Source: an uncultured SAR86 cluster bacterium (GTDB lineage Bacteria > Pseudomonadota > Gammaproteobacteria > Magnimaribacterales > TMED112). Taken from it: a DNA stretch of 64,000 bases. The DNA is taken from NCBI GenBank assembly GCA_902579195.1, contig CACHFV010000001.1, positions 9,089 to 73,088 of the forward strand, given 5' to 3'. A program made the translations under genes and the position numbers. A model generated the notes under the pieces. That model saw nothing but the letters and a program-made list of their open reading frames with translations. It was not told the DNA's origin and did not search any database. This document shows positions 29,712 through 40,141 of the stretch, piece after piece (the first letter of the stretch is position 1; the number at the start of each line of letters is the position of its first letter).

Positions 29712-30500
29712 GTGGAAGTAGCTGCATTTGTCATTTCTATCTTTGCTTTAGTTTTTGCCCTTATCGGCATGGGTTTAGCTATGCGAGCTTTATATATACT
29801 GGGTGTGAATGCTGGTTTAGATAAACAGTTTGAAGAAAAACCCAACCCAACCCAAGCAGCTGTAAAAATTAAAAAAGAATTTAAAAAACCACTAAGAGTC
29901 GAGGGAGATAAAATTATCTATAACGAAGATCCTTTGATTTATGTCATCGAAGATTTTATTTCATCTGATGAGTGCGATCACTTTGTTGAGGCGTCAGATT
30001 CTAAATTAGAAAGAGCTAAAACTATCGGAGGCAAAGATGGCATCTATCATGAAAATAGAACAGGAAGTAATTGTTGGATACCGCACAGCCATTCCAATAC
30101 TACAAGAGAAGTGGGTCAGAGAATTGCTGATCTTATTGGCTTCCCTCTACGCAATGCCGAATCATATCAAATTGTTTATTACACTGGTGGCACACAATAC
30201 AACGATCACCATGATGCATTCAATGATGAAACTGATGAAGGCAGAAAGCATCTTAAAAGAGGCGGCCAAAGAATATATACAGCAATTGCTTATCTAAATG
30301 ATGTTGAAGAAGGCGGCGCCACAGAATTTAGAGACCTAAATATATCTGTCAAACCAAAGAAAGGATCAATATTGGTTTGGAAAAATGTCCTTCCCGGAAC
30401 AACAAAAGTTCACCCGCTTTCACTGCATGCAGGCAGACCTGTTACAGGCGGTGAAAAGTATGCATTCAATCTTTGGTTCAGAGAGAATAAGTTCGTCTAG
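29712..30500 (+). CDS. membrane-anchored prolyl 4-hydroxylase-like 2OG-Fe(II) oxygenase
   Basis: N-terminal TM (AAFVISIFALVFALIGMGLA). H-x-D (NDHHDAF), distal His (LSLHAGRPV) and KYAFNLWF, as in the P4H alpha-subunit catalytic domain. GTG start. Confidence 0.75.
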   Translation: MEVAAFVISIFALVFALIGMGLAMRALYILGVNAGLDKQFEEKPNPTQAAVKIKKEFKKPLRVEGDKIIYNEDPLIYVIEDFISSDECDHFVEASDSKLERAKTIGGKDGIYHENRTGSNCWIPHSHSNTTREVGQRIADLIGFPLRNAESYQIVYYTGGTQYNDHHDAFNDETDEGRKHLKRGGQRIYTAIAYLNDVEEGGATEFRDLNISVKPKKGSILVWKNVLPGTTKVHPLSLHAGRPVTGGEKYAFNLWFRENKFV

Positions 30501-30503
30501 TCA

Positions 30504-32675
30504 ATGGACGTATCCAATATCTTAAATGATCTTAATGACGCTCAGCGTCAAGCAGTTACATCTGAATCTCAAAAACTTCTTGTTCTGGCTGGAGCTGGCT
30601 CTGGCAAAACTAAAGTACTTGTTCACAGGATAGCTTGGCTCATTGAGGCATTATCTAATTCAACACACAGCATTCTTGCAGTTACTTTTACTAATAAAGC
30701 AGCAAGTGAAATGACAGGTAGAATTGAATCTATTCTCAATCAACCAATCCCTGAAATGTGGTGCGGCACCTTTCATTCAATCTCAAACAAGCTACTGAGA
30801 CGTCACTATGCTGAGGCTGGTCTTGAAAAAGACTTCAGCATTTTAGATAGCGATGATCAGTTAAGAGTGATTAAAAGAATTCTAAAAGAGCTAGAGTTAG
30901 ATGATGACCAATGGCAGCCTGAGAAGGTTAGATGGCAAATTAATAATTGGAAAGATGATGCGCTTCGACCTAAAGACATTGATGACAAGGGTGATTTTAA
31001 TCTTGAAATGTTAAAACGCATATATACCCACTATGAAGCCTATATGAAGAGAGAAAACCTATTAGATTTTGCAGAACTTATCCTAAGGTCTTATGAGCTA
31101 ATAAGGGACAATGCTGACATAAGAAAGCTTTATCAAAATAAGTTTAGAAATGTGTTGATCGATGAGTTTCAAGACACAAATGCCATTCAATTTAAATGGA
31201 TTAAAAATCTTGTAGGAGAAAAATCAACACTAACCGCTGTTGGAGATGATGATCAATCTATTTATGGGTGGCGGGGAGCAAAGATTGAAAATATTAATAA
31301 GTTTGCCAAAGAAAAAGAAACAGAAATTGTAAGACTAGAACAGAATTATCGATCAACTGGGAATATTCTTAATGCAGCCAATGCTGTTATTGGCAAAAAC
31401 TCTAACCGATTAGGCAAAAAGCTCTGGACAGAGGGCAACGACGGCGACAAGATCGATATTTATGAGGCATATAATGAGCAAGAAGAAGCCAACTTTGTTG
31501 CTGAAAATATCCATAAAATATTTGATGGAGGCGATCAATACAAAGATACAGCTGTTTTATACAGATCCAATGCGCAGTCCAGAACCATAGAAGAATTTCT
31601 TCTAAGACAAGACATACCTTATGTCATATATGGTGGGGTAAGGTTCTACGAAAGAATGGAGATTAAAAATGTCGTTAGCTACTTAAGACTGATAGTAAAT
31701 AGAAATGACAATACCGCTTTTGAAAGAGCCATCAGCGTTCCACCACGAGGCATCGGTGAGAAAACTATTGGCAATATCAGGGCAAGCTCTCAAGAACAAG
31801 AAATATCATTGTTCCAGGCATCCAAAAACATGTTGAAAGACGGCTCTTTGAAGGGAAAAGCTTCAGCTTCAATGGAGCAGTTTACTAATTTTATTGAAAC
31901 ATCTGCAGAACAAATTAATGAGTTTAGTTCTGAAGAATTTGTGGAGATGGTGATTTCAAAAAGTGGGCTAATTGACCACCACATGAAAGAAGCTGGAGAA
32001 AAGGGAAGAATTAGAGTTGAGAATATTAATGAATTAATATCAGCAGTTAAGTCCTTTGAGTCCGCTAATAAAGACGAAGACATGTCGGATTATGATAGCT
32101 TCATTGCCGCGTTTCTTAGTTCTGTTTCTTTAGATATGGGTGAAACACAAGCCTCAAAGTCTGATGACGCTGTGCAACTAATGACCATACATTCCGCTAA
32201 AGGACTGGAATTTAAATATGTCTTTCTGGTTGGCATGGAGGAATCATTATTTCCTCATTCCAGATCAATGGATAATCTTAATGAACTCGAGGAAGAGAGA
32301 CGATTGTGCTACGTTGGCATAACTCGTGCTCGTTTCAAGTTATTTTTAACTTACACTGAATTTAGGAGACTTTATGGTCATGAATCATACAACCCTCCCT
32401 CCCGCTTTATCAATGAGATCCCTAATGAACATATTGAGTTTCTAAGACCAAAACAAACATACAAAAACAGCTACTTTGCAACAGCTTCATCTGTTACCCC
32501 AAACGATGAAAGTGCACCTTATAATCTTGGTGAATCTGTGCATCACAAAGTGTTTGGCGATGGTGTTGTTTTGAGCGTTGAAGGCAATGGTGATGCAGCA
32601 AGGATACAGGTAAGCTTTTCTCAGGTTGGAACAAAATGGCTGGTTGCATCATATGCTAACTTGGAAAAAATATGA
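30504..32675 (+). CDS. uvrD: ATP-dependent DNA helicase II (UvrD/Rep family)
   Basis: Walker A AGAGSGKTKVL, DEFQDTN, VGDDDQSIYGWRGA, QNYRST, MTIHSAKGLEF, VGITRAR. Confidence 0.93.
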   Translation: MDVSNILNDLNDAQRQAVTSESQKLLVLAGAGSGKTKVLVHRIAWLIEALSNSTHSILAVTFTNKAASEMTGRIESILNQPIPEMWCGTFHSISNKLLRRHYAEAGLEKDFSILDSDDQLRVIKRILKELELDDDQWQPEKVRWQINNWKDDALRPKDIDDKGDFNLEMLKRIYTHYEAYMKRENLLDFAELILRSYELIRDNADIRKLYQNKFRNVLIDEFQDTNAIQFKWIKNLVGEKSTLTAVGDDDQSIYGWRGAKIENINKFAKEKETEIVRLEQNYRSTGNILNAANAVIGKNSNRLGKKLWTEGNDGDKIDIYEAYNEQEEANFVAENIHKIFDGGDQYKDTAVLYRSNAQSRTIEEFLLRQDIPYVIYGGVRFYERMEIKNVVSYLRLIVNRNDNTAFERAISVPPRGIGEKTIGNIRASSQEQEISLFQASKNMLKDGSLKGKASASMEQFTNFIETSAEQINEFSSEEFVEMVISKSGLIDHHMKEAGEKGRIRVENINELISAVKSFESANKDEDMSDYDSFIAAFLSSVSLDMGETQASKSDDAVQLMTIHSAKGLEFKYVFLVGMEESLFPHSRSMDNLNELEEERRLCYVGITRARFKLFLTYTEFRRLYGHESYNPPSRFINEIPNEHIEFLRPKQTYKNSYFATASSVTPNDESAPYNLGESVHHKVFGDGVVLSVEGNGDAARIQVSFSQVGTKWLVASYANLEKI

Positions 32676-33271
32676 TCAAAGTAGAATTACGTGAGCTTGG
32701 AACTATTAAATATCAAGCTTGCTACAACCAGATGATTGAGCTCATTAATGAAAGTCCAAAATTTCATTCTATTTGGGTTCTGGAGCATGAGCCAGTCTTT
32801 ACCCTGGGTATCAGTGAAAAAGAAATACAGGAAAATCTCGATCACAGTCCTCCGATCGTCAAGACGGATAGAGGCGGAAAGATCACTTACCATGGTCCTG
32901 GCCAGCAAGTTTTTTACTTTATTTTTAATTTGAAACAATTGCCTTTTAAACCATCTGAGCTAACAAAAAAAATCCTAGAAACCACCAATCAGTGCTTTCA
33001 TGATATTGGTTTGGATTCAACCATAAATGAAAAAGACCCCGGAATTTACGTAAATGGTGAAAAGGCAGCATCTATTGGCATGAGAATTAAGAAAAACTAC
33101 TCATACCATGGAATTAGCATTAACTTTGAAACAGATACAGCAACATTTAACACTTTCAACCCATGCGGCCTAGATGTTAAGGCTTGTAATTTGGTAGATT
33201 ACATAAATATAGATAAAAAAGAGCTTATTAATAAACTAAAAACAAGATATGTAGAGCTCACACAAACATGA
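32672..33271 (+). CDS. lipB: octanoyltransferase LipB
   Basis: [12 protein letters not shown] motif, a conserved Lys region ([10 protein letters not shown]) and C169-like PCG. Precedes lipA. Confidence 0.9.
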   Translation: MIKVELRELGTIKYQACYNQMIELINESPKFHSIWVLEHEPVFTLGISEKEIQENLDHSPPIVKTDRGGKITYHGPGQQVFYFIFNLKQLPFKPSELTKKILETTNQCFHDIGLDSTINEKDPGIYVNGEKAASIGMRIKKNYSYHGISINFETDTATFNTFNPCGLDVKACNLVDYINIDKKELINKLKTRYVELTQT

Positions 33272-34236
33272 AAGATATTATTCCAACAGTAAAGATCATT
33301 AACCATGCTGGTGTCCAGTCAGTTAAAGATGGCATGAAGGCCAATGCGTACTCACTTGTTGAAAGAGAGAAGAAACCAAGTTGGATAAGAATGACAGCAA
33401 ATCAGGCAAATAGAAATTACACACTCATAAAAGACAAAGTGAAGGATTTGCAATTGAGCACAGTATGTGAGGAAGCAAAATGCCCTAACTTATCCGAGTG
33501 TTGGTCTAGGGGTACAGCCACTTTCATGTTGATGGGCGATACATGCACCAGAGCGTGCCAATTTTGCTCAGTGAATACTGGGAACCCGAAAGGTTGGCTA
33601 GACAAGGAAGAGCCTAATAAGGTGGCGAATACAATAACCCAGATGGACCTGAAATACATTGTTCTCACTTGTGTGAACAGAGATGATATTGCGGATGGAG
33701 GGGCTCGACATTTTGCCGACACTGTTAATGCAATCAAAAATAAAAGCCCTAAAACAGAAGTTGAAGTTTTAACCTCTGATTTTAATGGTTCACGAGATGC
33801 TATCCGCACCGTTGTTGAATCGCCAATTAAAGTATTTGCACAAAACGTTGAAACAGTTGAACGGCTAACACATCCAATCAGGGACCCAAGAGCAGGCTAC
33901 AAAAAAACACTTGAGGTTTTGAAAGCTGCAAAAGAAATAAACCCAAACATAATTACTAAGACAAGCATTATTCTTGGTTTGGGCGAAACAGATGTAGAAA
34001 TATATCAGACATATGAAGATCTAAGAGCACATGATGTTGATATTGTTACCCTTGGACAATACCTAAGACCAACACTAAATCACCATCCAATTGATCGATG
34101 GGTAACGCCTGAAGAATTTGAGCAGTATCGTCTCGAAGGCTTAAAGCATAACTTCCTTGAAGTTATCTCAGGACCTATGGTAAGGTCTAGCTATAGGGCA
34201 GAGAGGGCACTTGATTTTAATAATGCAGGATTATAA
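33268..34236 (+). CDS. lipA: lipoyl synthase LipA
   Basis: N-terminal cluster [12 protein letters not shown], radical-SAM CTRACQFC, and C-terminal RSSY. Confidence 0.96.
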   Translation: MKDIIPTVKIINHAGVQSVKDGMKANAYSLVEREKKPSWIRMTANQANRNYTLIKDKVKDLQLSTVCEEAKCPNLSECWSRGTATFMLMGDTCTRACQFCSVNTGNPKGWLDKEEPNKVANTITQMDLKYIVLTCVNRDDIADGGARHFADTVNAIKNKSPKTEVEVLTSDFNGSRDAIRTVVESPIKVFAQNVETVERLTHPIRDPRAGYKKTLEVLKAAKEINPNIITKTSIILGLGETDVEIYQTYEDLRAHDVDIVTLGQYLRPTLNHHPIDRWVTPEEFEQYRLEGLKHNFLEVISGPMVRSSYRAERALDFNNAGL

Positions 34237-34238
34237 AA

Positions 34239-34982
34239 ATGATTGTTATTTCACCAGCAAAACGACTAGATAATAAAAAAGCAGATTCTAGCCTGTCAGT
34301 AACAGAACCAATTTTTAAGAATGAGGCTAAAACACTAGCCTCTGAATTATCCAAACTAAACTCAAACCAGTTGGGAGAGCTCATGGGGGTGAGCGAGGCT
34401 ATTGCAGAGCTTAATGTGGAGAGATATAAAAACTGGGGCAAAGCACAAAGCCCTGAGACAAGAGCAATATTTCAATTTGAAGGCGATGTTTTTAAAAATC
34501 TAAATGCCAGAGAGTTAACTGCTGATGACGAAAACTATATGAATGATAATTTAAGAATTTTATCTGGCATATATGGCGTTCTTAAACCATCGGATGCAAT
34601 GAACCCCTACAGATTAGAAATGGGAACAAGACATCAGTTTGGAAATGATCATAGCTTATATGAGTTTTGGGGAGCAAAAATTGCCGATGCGCTAAATACA
34701 GATATTGGCGATGGATTGTTATTTAATTTGGCTTCTGAAGAGTACTTTTCCTCAGTTAAAAAATACATAGATAGCGATAAAGTAATAAACTTTAAGTTTT
34801 TATCAAATGTAGCTGGTAAAGAAAGAGTTGTTGGTGTTATTGCAAAACGTGCACGTGGAGCAATGGCAAGATTTTTGATTACAAACCGCGTCAAAGACAC
34901 AGAATCTATAAGCAATTTCTCTGAATTAGGTTTTAAGTTCAAAGACTTTGAAAAGAACTGCTTTACCTTTATTAGCTCTTAG
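34239..34982 (+). CDS. yaaA: peroxide stress protein YaaA (UPF0246)
   Basis: MIVISPAK N-terminus, YKNW, ILSGIYGVLKPSDAMNPYRLEM, and AKRARGAMARF. Confidence 0.88.
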   Translation: MIVISPAKRLDNKKADSSLSVTEPIFKNEAKTLASELSKLNSNQLGELMGVSEAIAELNVERYKNWGKAQSPETRAIFQFEGDVFKNLNARELTADDENYMNDNLRILSGIYGVLKPSDAMNPYRLEMGTRHQFGNDHSLYEFWGAKIADALNTDIGDGLLFNLASEEYFSSVKKYIDSDKVINFKFLSNVAGKERVVGVIAKRARGAMARFLITNRVKDTESISNFSELGFKFKDFEKNCFTFISS

Positions 34983-35127
34983 CTTCTTTTTCAATTAAAT
35001 CGTCAACAATTTCCATAAGCTCATCAACTAACTGAAATGTTTCATGAAAAGAGAACACTACTTCTCTATCTCTACTTAGTAAATGTAGACCGTCTTTAAG
35101 TTTTTTAAGTTGTTCTTGGTTAGACAT
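34972..35127 (-). CDS. possible small acidic protein (51 aa)
   Basis: MSNQEQLKKLKDGLHLLSRDREVVFSFHETFQLVDELMEIVDDLIEKEAKS. ATG start; its 3' end overlaps the yaaA 3' end by 11 nt. Below the track cut-off, no homology recognised. Confidence 0.25.
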   Translation of the reverse strand: MSNQEQLKKLKDGLHLLSRDREVVFSFHETFQLVDELMEIVDDLIEKEAKS

Positions 35128-35176
35128 ATTGCTGATATTCTAATGAACTTTCAAGGCAAAGCAATGTCAAAATTTG

Positions 35177-35206
35177 TTGAAAAAGGTGAAAAAATAGTGG
35201 TACTAT
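35177..35206 (+). promoter_or_regulatory. candidate sigma70 promoter for rpoH
   Basis: TTGAAA (35177-35182), an 18-nt spacer ending in TGG (extended -10 TGn), then TACTAT (35201-35206), ~55 nt upstream of the rpoH ATG. By-eye match only. Confidence 0.3.
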
Positions 35207-35262
35207 ACTCTTCCACTGATTTGATAATAAACAATATTTATATTATATTATAAAAATCTATT

Positions 35263-36111
35263 ATGAGTTATGCTTTAGCGCTAGCAAATCCTGGGTCAGA
35301 TCTTGATAGATATTTGTCTCAGGTATATTCAATACCTGTTCTCACTAGAGAAGAGGAGCTTGAGCTCACCCAAGAATTCTTTAAAACTGAAGATGTTCAG
35401 ATCGCCCACAAGCTTGTAATCTCCCATTTACGCTTTGTTGTACACATTGCAAAGTCATATGCAGGTTATGGTTTGCCATTGGCAGATATTATTCAGGAAG
35501 GAAACTTAGGACTCTTAAAAGCAGTGAAAAAATTTGATCCTGAAAAAGGTGTAAGACTTGTATCTTTCGCAGTGCATTGGATTAAAGCTGAAATACATGA
35601 ATTTATTCTGAAGAATTGGAGAGTAGTCAAGATTGCGACAACAAAAGCACAACGAAAACTGTTTTTTAATCTAAGAAGTAAGAAAAAAAGCACAGGCTGG
35701 CTCACTGATAAAGAAGCAAGAAAAATAGCTGAAGATCTAGATGTCTCTTACAAAGAAGTGATGCACATGGAGAACAGACTTAATTCAACTGATACGCCTT
35801 TTGATTTGCCATCGGATGAAGAGGATGATGAAAAAGCATTCTCCCCAAGCCAATACTTGGAAGACCACTCATTCAACCCAGAACATATTGCTGAAAAAGA
35901 TAACTGGGAAGAAGTTAATCATGGTGCTTTACTAAAAAACATCGCGGCCTTAGACAAAAGATCACAAGACATCATCAGAGCGAGGTGGTTAGATGACGTT
36001 AAGCTCACACTTAATGAGTTAGCTGAAAAGTATTCCGTATCAGCAGAAAGAATTAGGCAGATTGAGGCTACTGCATTCAAAAAGCTTAAAACTTCATTAG
36101 TGAATATTTAA
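35263..36111 (+). CDS. rpoH: RNA polymerase sigma-32 factor RpoH
   Basis: Region 2 IQEGNLGLLKAVKKFDPEKGVRLVSFAVHWIKAEI and the diagnostic RpoH box QRKLFFNLR. Confidence 0.96.
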   Translation: MSYALALANPGSDLDRYLSQVYSIPVLTREEELELTQEFFKTEDVQIAHKLVISHLRFVVHIAKSYAGYGLPLADIIQEGNLGLLKAVKKFDPEKGVRLVSFAVHWIKAEIHEFILKNWRVVKIATTKAQRKLFFNLRSKKKSTGWLTDKEARKIAEDLDVSYKEVMHMENRLNSTDTPFDLPSDEEDDEKAFSPSQYLEDHSFNPEHIAEKDNWEEVNHGALLKNIAALDKRSQDIIRARWLDDVKLTLNELAEKYSVSAERIRQIEATAFKKLKTSLVNI

Positions 36112-36152
36112 ATAAATATTCTCCAAACTTCGAATACCATATAATCACTTCA

Positions 36153-36791
36153 ATGATTAAGACTTTTAGTTCACGGGCTGGCCGACTATCTCCAAAAAAC
36201 AAGAAATTTCTGTCAACAGAATCAGAGTGCTTATTAAATGCTGGAGAAAAACCAATCACTCAAAACCCAATTGCATTAGACATAGGGTTTGGGGATGCTC
36301 AATCATTTTCAGAAGATGTTGCTGCAAACGAAACTGTGACTTTTATTGGCATTGAGCCCTATAAGAAGGGTTTTGCTCGTGCGGTAGAATTCTTTGAGGA
36401 AACAGAGCCTACAAACCTATATCTCTTTAATGGTGACGCTCGTGAGTTCATTGAGCTCATGAATTTTTCAGTAAACTTTATTCGGATCCACTTCCCTGAT
36501 CCATGGCCAAAGAAGAGACACACGAAAAGAAGGCTGATTTCTAAGCAATTTTTAAATACACTTAGCAGAATACTTTGCTCAGATGGTTTGGTACAAATAG
36601 TGACTGATTCAAAGATTTATCAGATGCATATCGATGAAGTGCTTGAGTATCAACAATTATTTGAAGCCACAAACTCTTTCCCAATTTCATACCAAGTTTC
36701 CACTTTTCACAAAAAGGGCCTAAACAAAGGCCACACAATAAAAGAATATAATTTGAAACTGATTACCCCATGTAATCAAACATCAGAATAG
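36153..36791 (+). CDS. trmB: tRNA (guanine46-N7)-methyltransferase TrmB
   Basis: IHFPDPWPKKRHTKRRL motif and the SAM fold ALDIGFGDA. Confidence 0.9.
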   Translation: MIKTFSSRAGRLSPKNKKFLSTESECLLNAGEKPITQNPIALDIGFGDAQSFSEDVAANETVTFIGIEPYKKGFARAVEFFEETEPTNLYLFNGDAREFIELMNFSVNFIRIHFPDPWPKKRHTKRRLISKQFLNTLSRILCSDGLVQIVTDSKIYQMHIDEVLEYQQLFEATNSFPISYQVSTFHKKGLNKGHTIKEYNLKLITPCNQTSE

Positions 36792-37314
36792 TTAAAATCC
36801 TTTCGGTTAATTGCAAAACAAAAAAGGCAACAAGTGGACTCAAATCAAAACCTCCAGTTGGCGGAATAATATTCCTAAAAATAGAGACGGTTGACTCATA
36901 AAGTTCTTGCAATAGCGTGGTAAAAGAGTTGTAGAAGCTTGCCCCAAAGCTATATAGCCAGCTTAAAATCACGCCAGCGATAATTACAAACTTCAATATC
37001 CCAATAAGCACTCGAGCAGTTTCAAAAAAAGTGAAATTAACGATGGTACCAAGACTCAGGCCCGGCAATATAAAATAAAAAGTCACACCATTGATAAGCA
37101 GGGCGGCAAAAAGCAGGCCAATATTAAATTTTTTGTAATAAATATTCATTATTAGCAAAATGGGATACAGAATTATCTTTAATATGCGAGCTATTTTGTT
37201 GTAAGAGTCAGCTTTTGCCAGATCTATCAAAAATAACAGCAATATTAGGTAGACCACAATAGTTTTTATATTGAGTAAAAGAGCTAAAAAAGTGGTTACT
37301 TCTAAAAAATTCAT
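36763..37314 (-). CDS. yggT: YggT family membrane protein
   Basis: RNIIPPTGGFDLSPLVAFFVLQL matches the YggT repeat signature. Directly downstream of yggS as in many bacteria. Its 3' end overlaps the trmB 3' end by 29 nt. Confidence 0.8.
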   Translation of the reverse strand: MNFLEVTTFLALLLNIKTIVVYLILLLFLIDLAKADSYNKIARILKIILYPILLIMNIYYKKFNIGLLFAALLINGVTFYFILPGLSLGTIVNFTFFETARVLIGILKFVIIAGVILSWLYSFGASFYNSFTTLLQELYESTVSIFRNIIPPTGGFDLSPLVAFFVLQLTERILTILMFDYMG

Positions 37315-37949
37315 TATTTTCTTTCTCCAAAAATTTTTGTGCCAATTCTAATCATTGTTGACCCATGCTTAACAGCGTCTTCCCAATCATTAGACATGCC
37401 CAAAGACAAAATTTCAATATTTTTATTCATCACACGAATTTGGTTATATAAATTATTGCATCGGTCAAACTGCTCTGCTCGTTCTGTTTCAGAGATATTG
37501 TTTTCAGTGATCCCCATTAAACCGCATACTTTTACATTTGAATCTTCAGCGTGGTGTTCAATGATGTTAATTATTTCTTTTTCTGTAAGACCACTTTTTG
37601 TATCCTCTTGCCCTAATTTTAATTGCAGCAGAATGCTAATCTCTTTTTCTAATCCTGTTTTAAGCAAATGGTTATAAACTTTTGTGCGCCCAACAGATTG
37701 AATTAATGATGAATGTTGGGCAATGAGTTTTATTTTGTTTGTTTGAATATTGCCTAAAAAATGCCAATTAATATCTTTGGGCAGTTGTTTCCTCTTTTCA
37801 ACTAGTTCTTGAATAAAGTTCTCGCCAAAATCTCTGTGCCCCTCATTGTAGAGAGCCATAATTTTTTCGACACTATGTTTTTTTGAAACAGCAACCAAAC
37901 AGGTGCCGTTGAGATTACTCCTTATGGATTTGTAGATTTCAAGATTCAT
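37314..37949 (-). CDS. yggS: PLP-binding homeostasis protein YggS (alanine racemase N-domain fold)
   Basis: LVAVSKKHSVEKI (PLP Lys), HFLGNIQTNK, LSLGMSNDWEDAVKHGSTMIRIGTKIFG. Confidence 0.9.
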   Translation of the reverse strand: MNLEIYKSIRSNLNGTCLVAVSKKHSVEKIMALYNEGHRDFGENFIQELVEKRKQLPKDINWHFLGNIQTNKIKLIAQHSSLIQSVGRTKVYNHLLKTGLEKEISILLQLKLGQEDTKSGLTEKEIINIIEHHAEDSNVKVCGLMGITENNISETERAEQFDRCNNLYNQIRVMNKNIEILSLGMSNDWEDAVKHGSTMIRIGTKIFGERK

Positions 37950-38430
37950 TGTTTATCTTGATGCAAGACCTGATCTCAAGAGAGTCCATGTTAAAGCGAC
38001 GCAATACTTCTCGTGCGTTATTGGTTTGGGATCTATTTTCAAAAGGACCCACTATAACTTTGTAGTTGAACCCATTTGCACTACTAACATTTTCAACTTC
38101 AGCAATGTAATCAATATTTTGCAGTTGTTTGACTTGGCTCATGGCAGCTTCATAGGACCGAAAACTACCTGATTGAGCAAAATACCTACACTCCTCTTCT
38201 AGCACAACCTCAACGATATCTAAATTATTAAAAGAGTCCTCTTCAAGAATTGTTTGGAACTCGTATTCAATTTCTTGCACCTCAAATTCACTCAAATCTA
38301 AAAAATTCTCATCGTCGTCAAGAAAATACATCACTGAAATGGAAGAAATTGCTGCGACTATGAAAGCTAGTGATATTGTTGGGACAGCTTTAAGAGGAAA
38401 TTTTTTGTTCTTATAGGAAATATCAGCCAT
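37939..38430 (-). CDS. SPOR domain-containing membrane protein (septal peptidoglycan binding)
   Basis: N-terminal TM (AVPTISLAFIVAAISSISVMYF) and a C-terminal SPOR-like pattern (YFAQSGSFRSYEAAMSQVKQL...YKVIVGPFENRSQTNNAREVL). Downstream of argS. Confidence 0.7.
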   Translation of the reverse strand: MADISYKNKKFPLKAVPTISLAFIVAAISSISVMYFLDDDENFLDLSEFEVQEIEYEFQTILEEDSFNNLDIVEVVLEEECRYFAQSGSFRSYEAAMSQVKQLQNIDYIAEVENVSSANGFNYKVIVGPFENRSQTNNAREVLRRFNMDSLEIRSCIKINNES

Positions 38431-38431
38431 A

Positions 38432-40141
38432 TCACATCTTTTCTAGCGGCTTTACATTAAGCAGCCTGAAGCTTTTCTCAATAACTAGTTTAGTAGTTTC
38501 AGTAATCAATAATCTTGCATTGGAGACAGCCTCATCATCACAAATAACTGGGCTTGTTTCGTAAAATGAATGAAAAGAAGCAGCAAGCTCTTTAACAAAA
38601 TGCACTAATGAGTGAGGCGATCTTTCCTCGGTGTACTCTTTGAGGTGTTTCGGAAAATTTAGCACCTTAACTAGCAAGTCAAAGTTTGCATCAATTTCTT
38701 GATCAGATATTCTTTCTTGTGAATTAAATCTTTTTTTACGAAGAATTGAATTGCAGCGAACATAAGCATACTGGCTGTAGAAGTATGGGTTATTTTTGCT
38801 TTCCTCTTTTGCCAGGTTGATATCAAAATCCATTGTGTGGTCAGATTTTTTTTCTAGGAAAAAGAATTTTATTACATCAGGCCCCAATTCTTTTCTCAGG
38901 TCTTCTAATGAATAGAACTCACCTCGTCGAGTTGACATACTTCGCTTATTGCCATCCTCAAATAAATTAACAAGCTGATAAAGCATAAACTCGATATCTT
39001 GTTTTTCATTTTTCATGACATCAAAAGCAGCTGTAAGCCTTGGTATATAACCATGATGATCGGCACCAAAGACATTGATGCATAAATCATACTCACGATC
39101 AATTTTATTTTTATGGTAGCCAACATCTGTCATGTAGTAAGTCGGCTCACCATTCTCTCTGACTAGCACTCTGTCTTTATCGTCAGCAAAATCTGTTGAT
39201 TTAAACCAACTAGCACCATCTTTTTTATATGTGTGTCCTTTGTTTTCTATGTCGATGAAAGATTTAGCTAAATCAGATTCGCTTTCATTGATTGAGCCCA
39301 ATGAGCTCTCATGAAACCATGTGTCATGGTTAATGCCAAACTGCTCAAGCTCCTCTTTTATGATCTGCAGAATATTGGTCACTGCAAACTCTCTTGCTGC
39401 ATTCCATAATTCAGGTGAAGTATTTTTTAAATGGGCTGAGATTTGATCAAGCCTTTCATCTTTATCATCAGAAAGACTGCTAAAGCTTAAGGTTAAATCA
39501 TTATCTGTTTGAGTTTTTTTAAATTGCTGTGCTAATGCATGTATATATTCACCTTCGTAGGTTCCATCGGCATCAAAATCATCGCAATAAGCATTTAGGA
39601 CCAGGCTGTTTGTTAGGATAGCTATTTGTCTGCCAGCATCATTAACATAATATTCTTTTGTTACTTGGTAGCCAGAATTTTCTAACAAGTTAGAGAGCAC
39701 CATGCCCAAAATAGCACCTCTACCATGCCCAACATGAAGTGGGCCAGTAGGATTTGAAGAAACAAATTCGACAAGAACACTGCCTTTATGTGTATCAAGC
39801 TTGCCCCAATCTAGTCCTTGGGCAAGAATATTTTGCAAAGCATTTACCTTGTCCTCAGTCTTTATAAACACATTAATGAACCCTGGTCCTTCAATGCTTA
39901 TTTTTTCAATTGATGCATTGTTGAGTTGTTGAACTATTTGATCTGCTAATTCCCGAGGGGATAATTTAAATTGTTTTGATAGTTTTAATGCGCAACTTGT
40001 CGCATAGTCCCCATGATCTTTCTCAGTGCTAATATCAAAAAAAACCAATCCATCTATTTCTTTGCTAAGGGATAGGTTTACTTTTTTTGCAAGTCCAGCA
40101 ACTATATTTTTTAGATCAGCATCAAGACTACCTAGTATCAT
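38432..40141 (-). CDS. argS: arginine--tRNA ligase
   Basis: Class I HIGH motif (SSNPTGPLHVGHGRGA), N-terminal Arg-tRNA synthetase add-on domain, C-terminal DALR-type anticodon-binding domain ending in M. Confidence 0.96.
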   Translation of the reverse strand: MILGSLDADLKNIVAGLAKKVNLSLSKEIDGLVFFDISTEKDHGDYATSCALKLSKQFKLSPRELADQIVQQLNNASIEKISIEGPGFINVFIKTEDKVNALQNILAQGLDWGKLDTHKGSVLVEFVSSNPTGPLHVGHGRGAILGMVLSNLLENSGYQVTKEYYVNDAGRQIAILTNSLVLNAYCDDFDADGTYEGEYIHALAQQFKKTQTDNDLTLSFSSLSDDKDERLDQISAHLKNTSPELWNAAREFAVTNILQIIKEELEQFGINHDTWFHESSLGSINESESDLAKSFIDIENKGHTYKKDGASWFKSTDFADDKDRVLVRENGEPTYYMTDVGYHKNKIDREYDLCINVFGADHHGYIPRLTAAFDVMKNEKQDIEFMLYQLVNLFEDGNKRSMSTRRGEFYSLEDLRKELGPDVIKFFFLEKKSDHTMDFDINLAKEESKNNPYFYSQYAYVRCNSILRKKRFNSQERISDQEIDANFDLLVKVLNFPKHLKEYTEERSPHSLVHFVKELAASFHSFYETSPVICDDEAVSNARLLITETTKLVIEKSFRLLNVKPLEKM

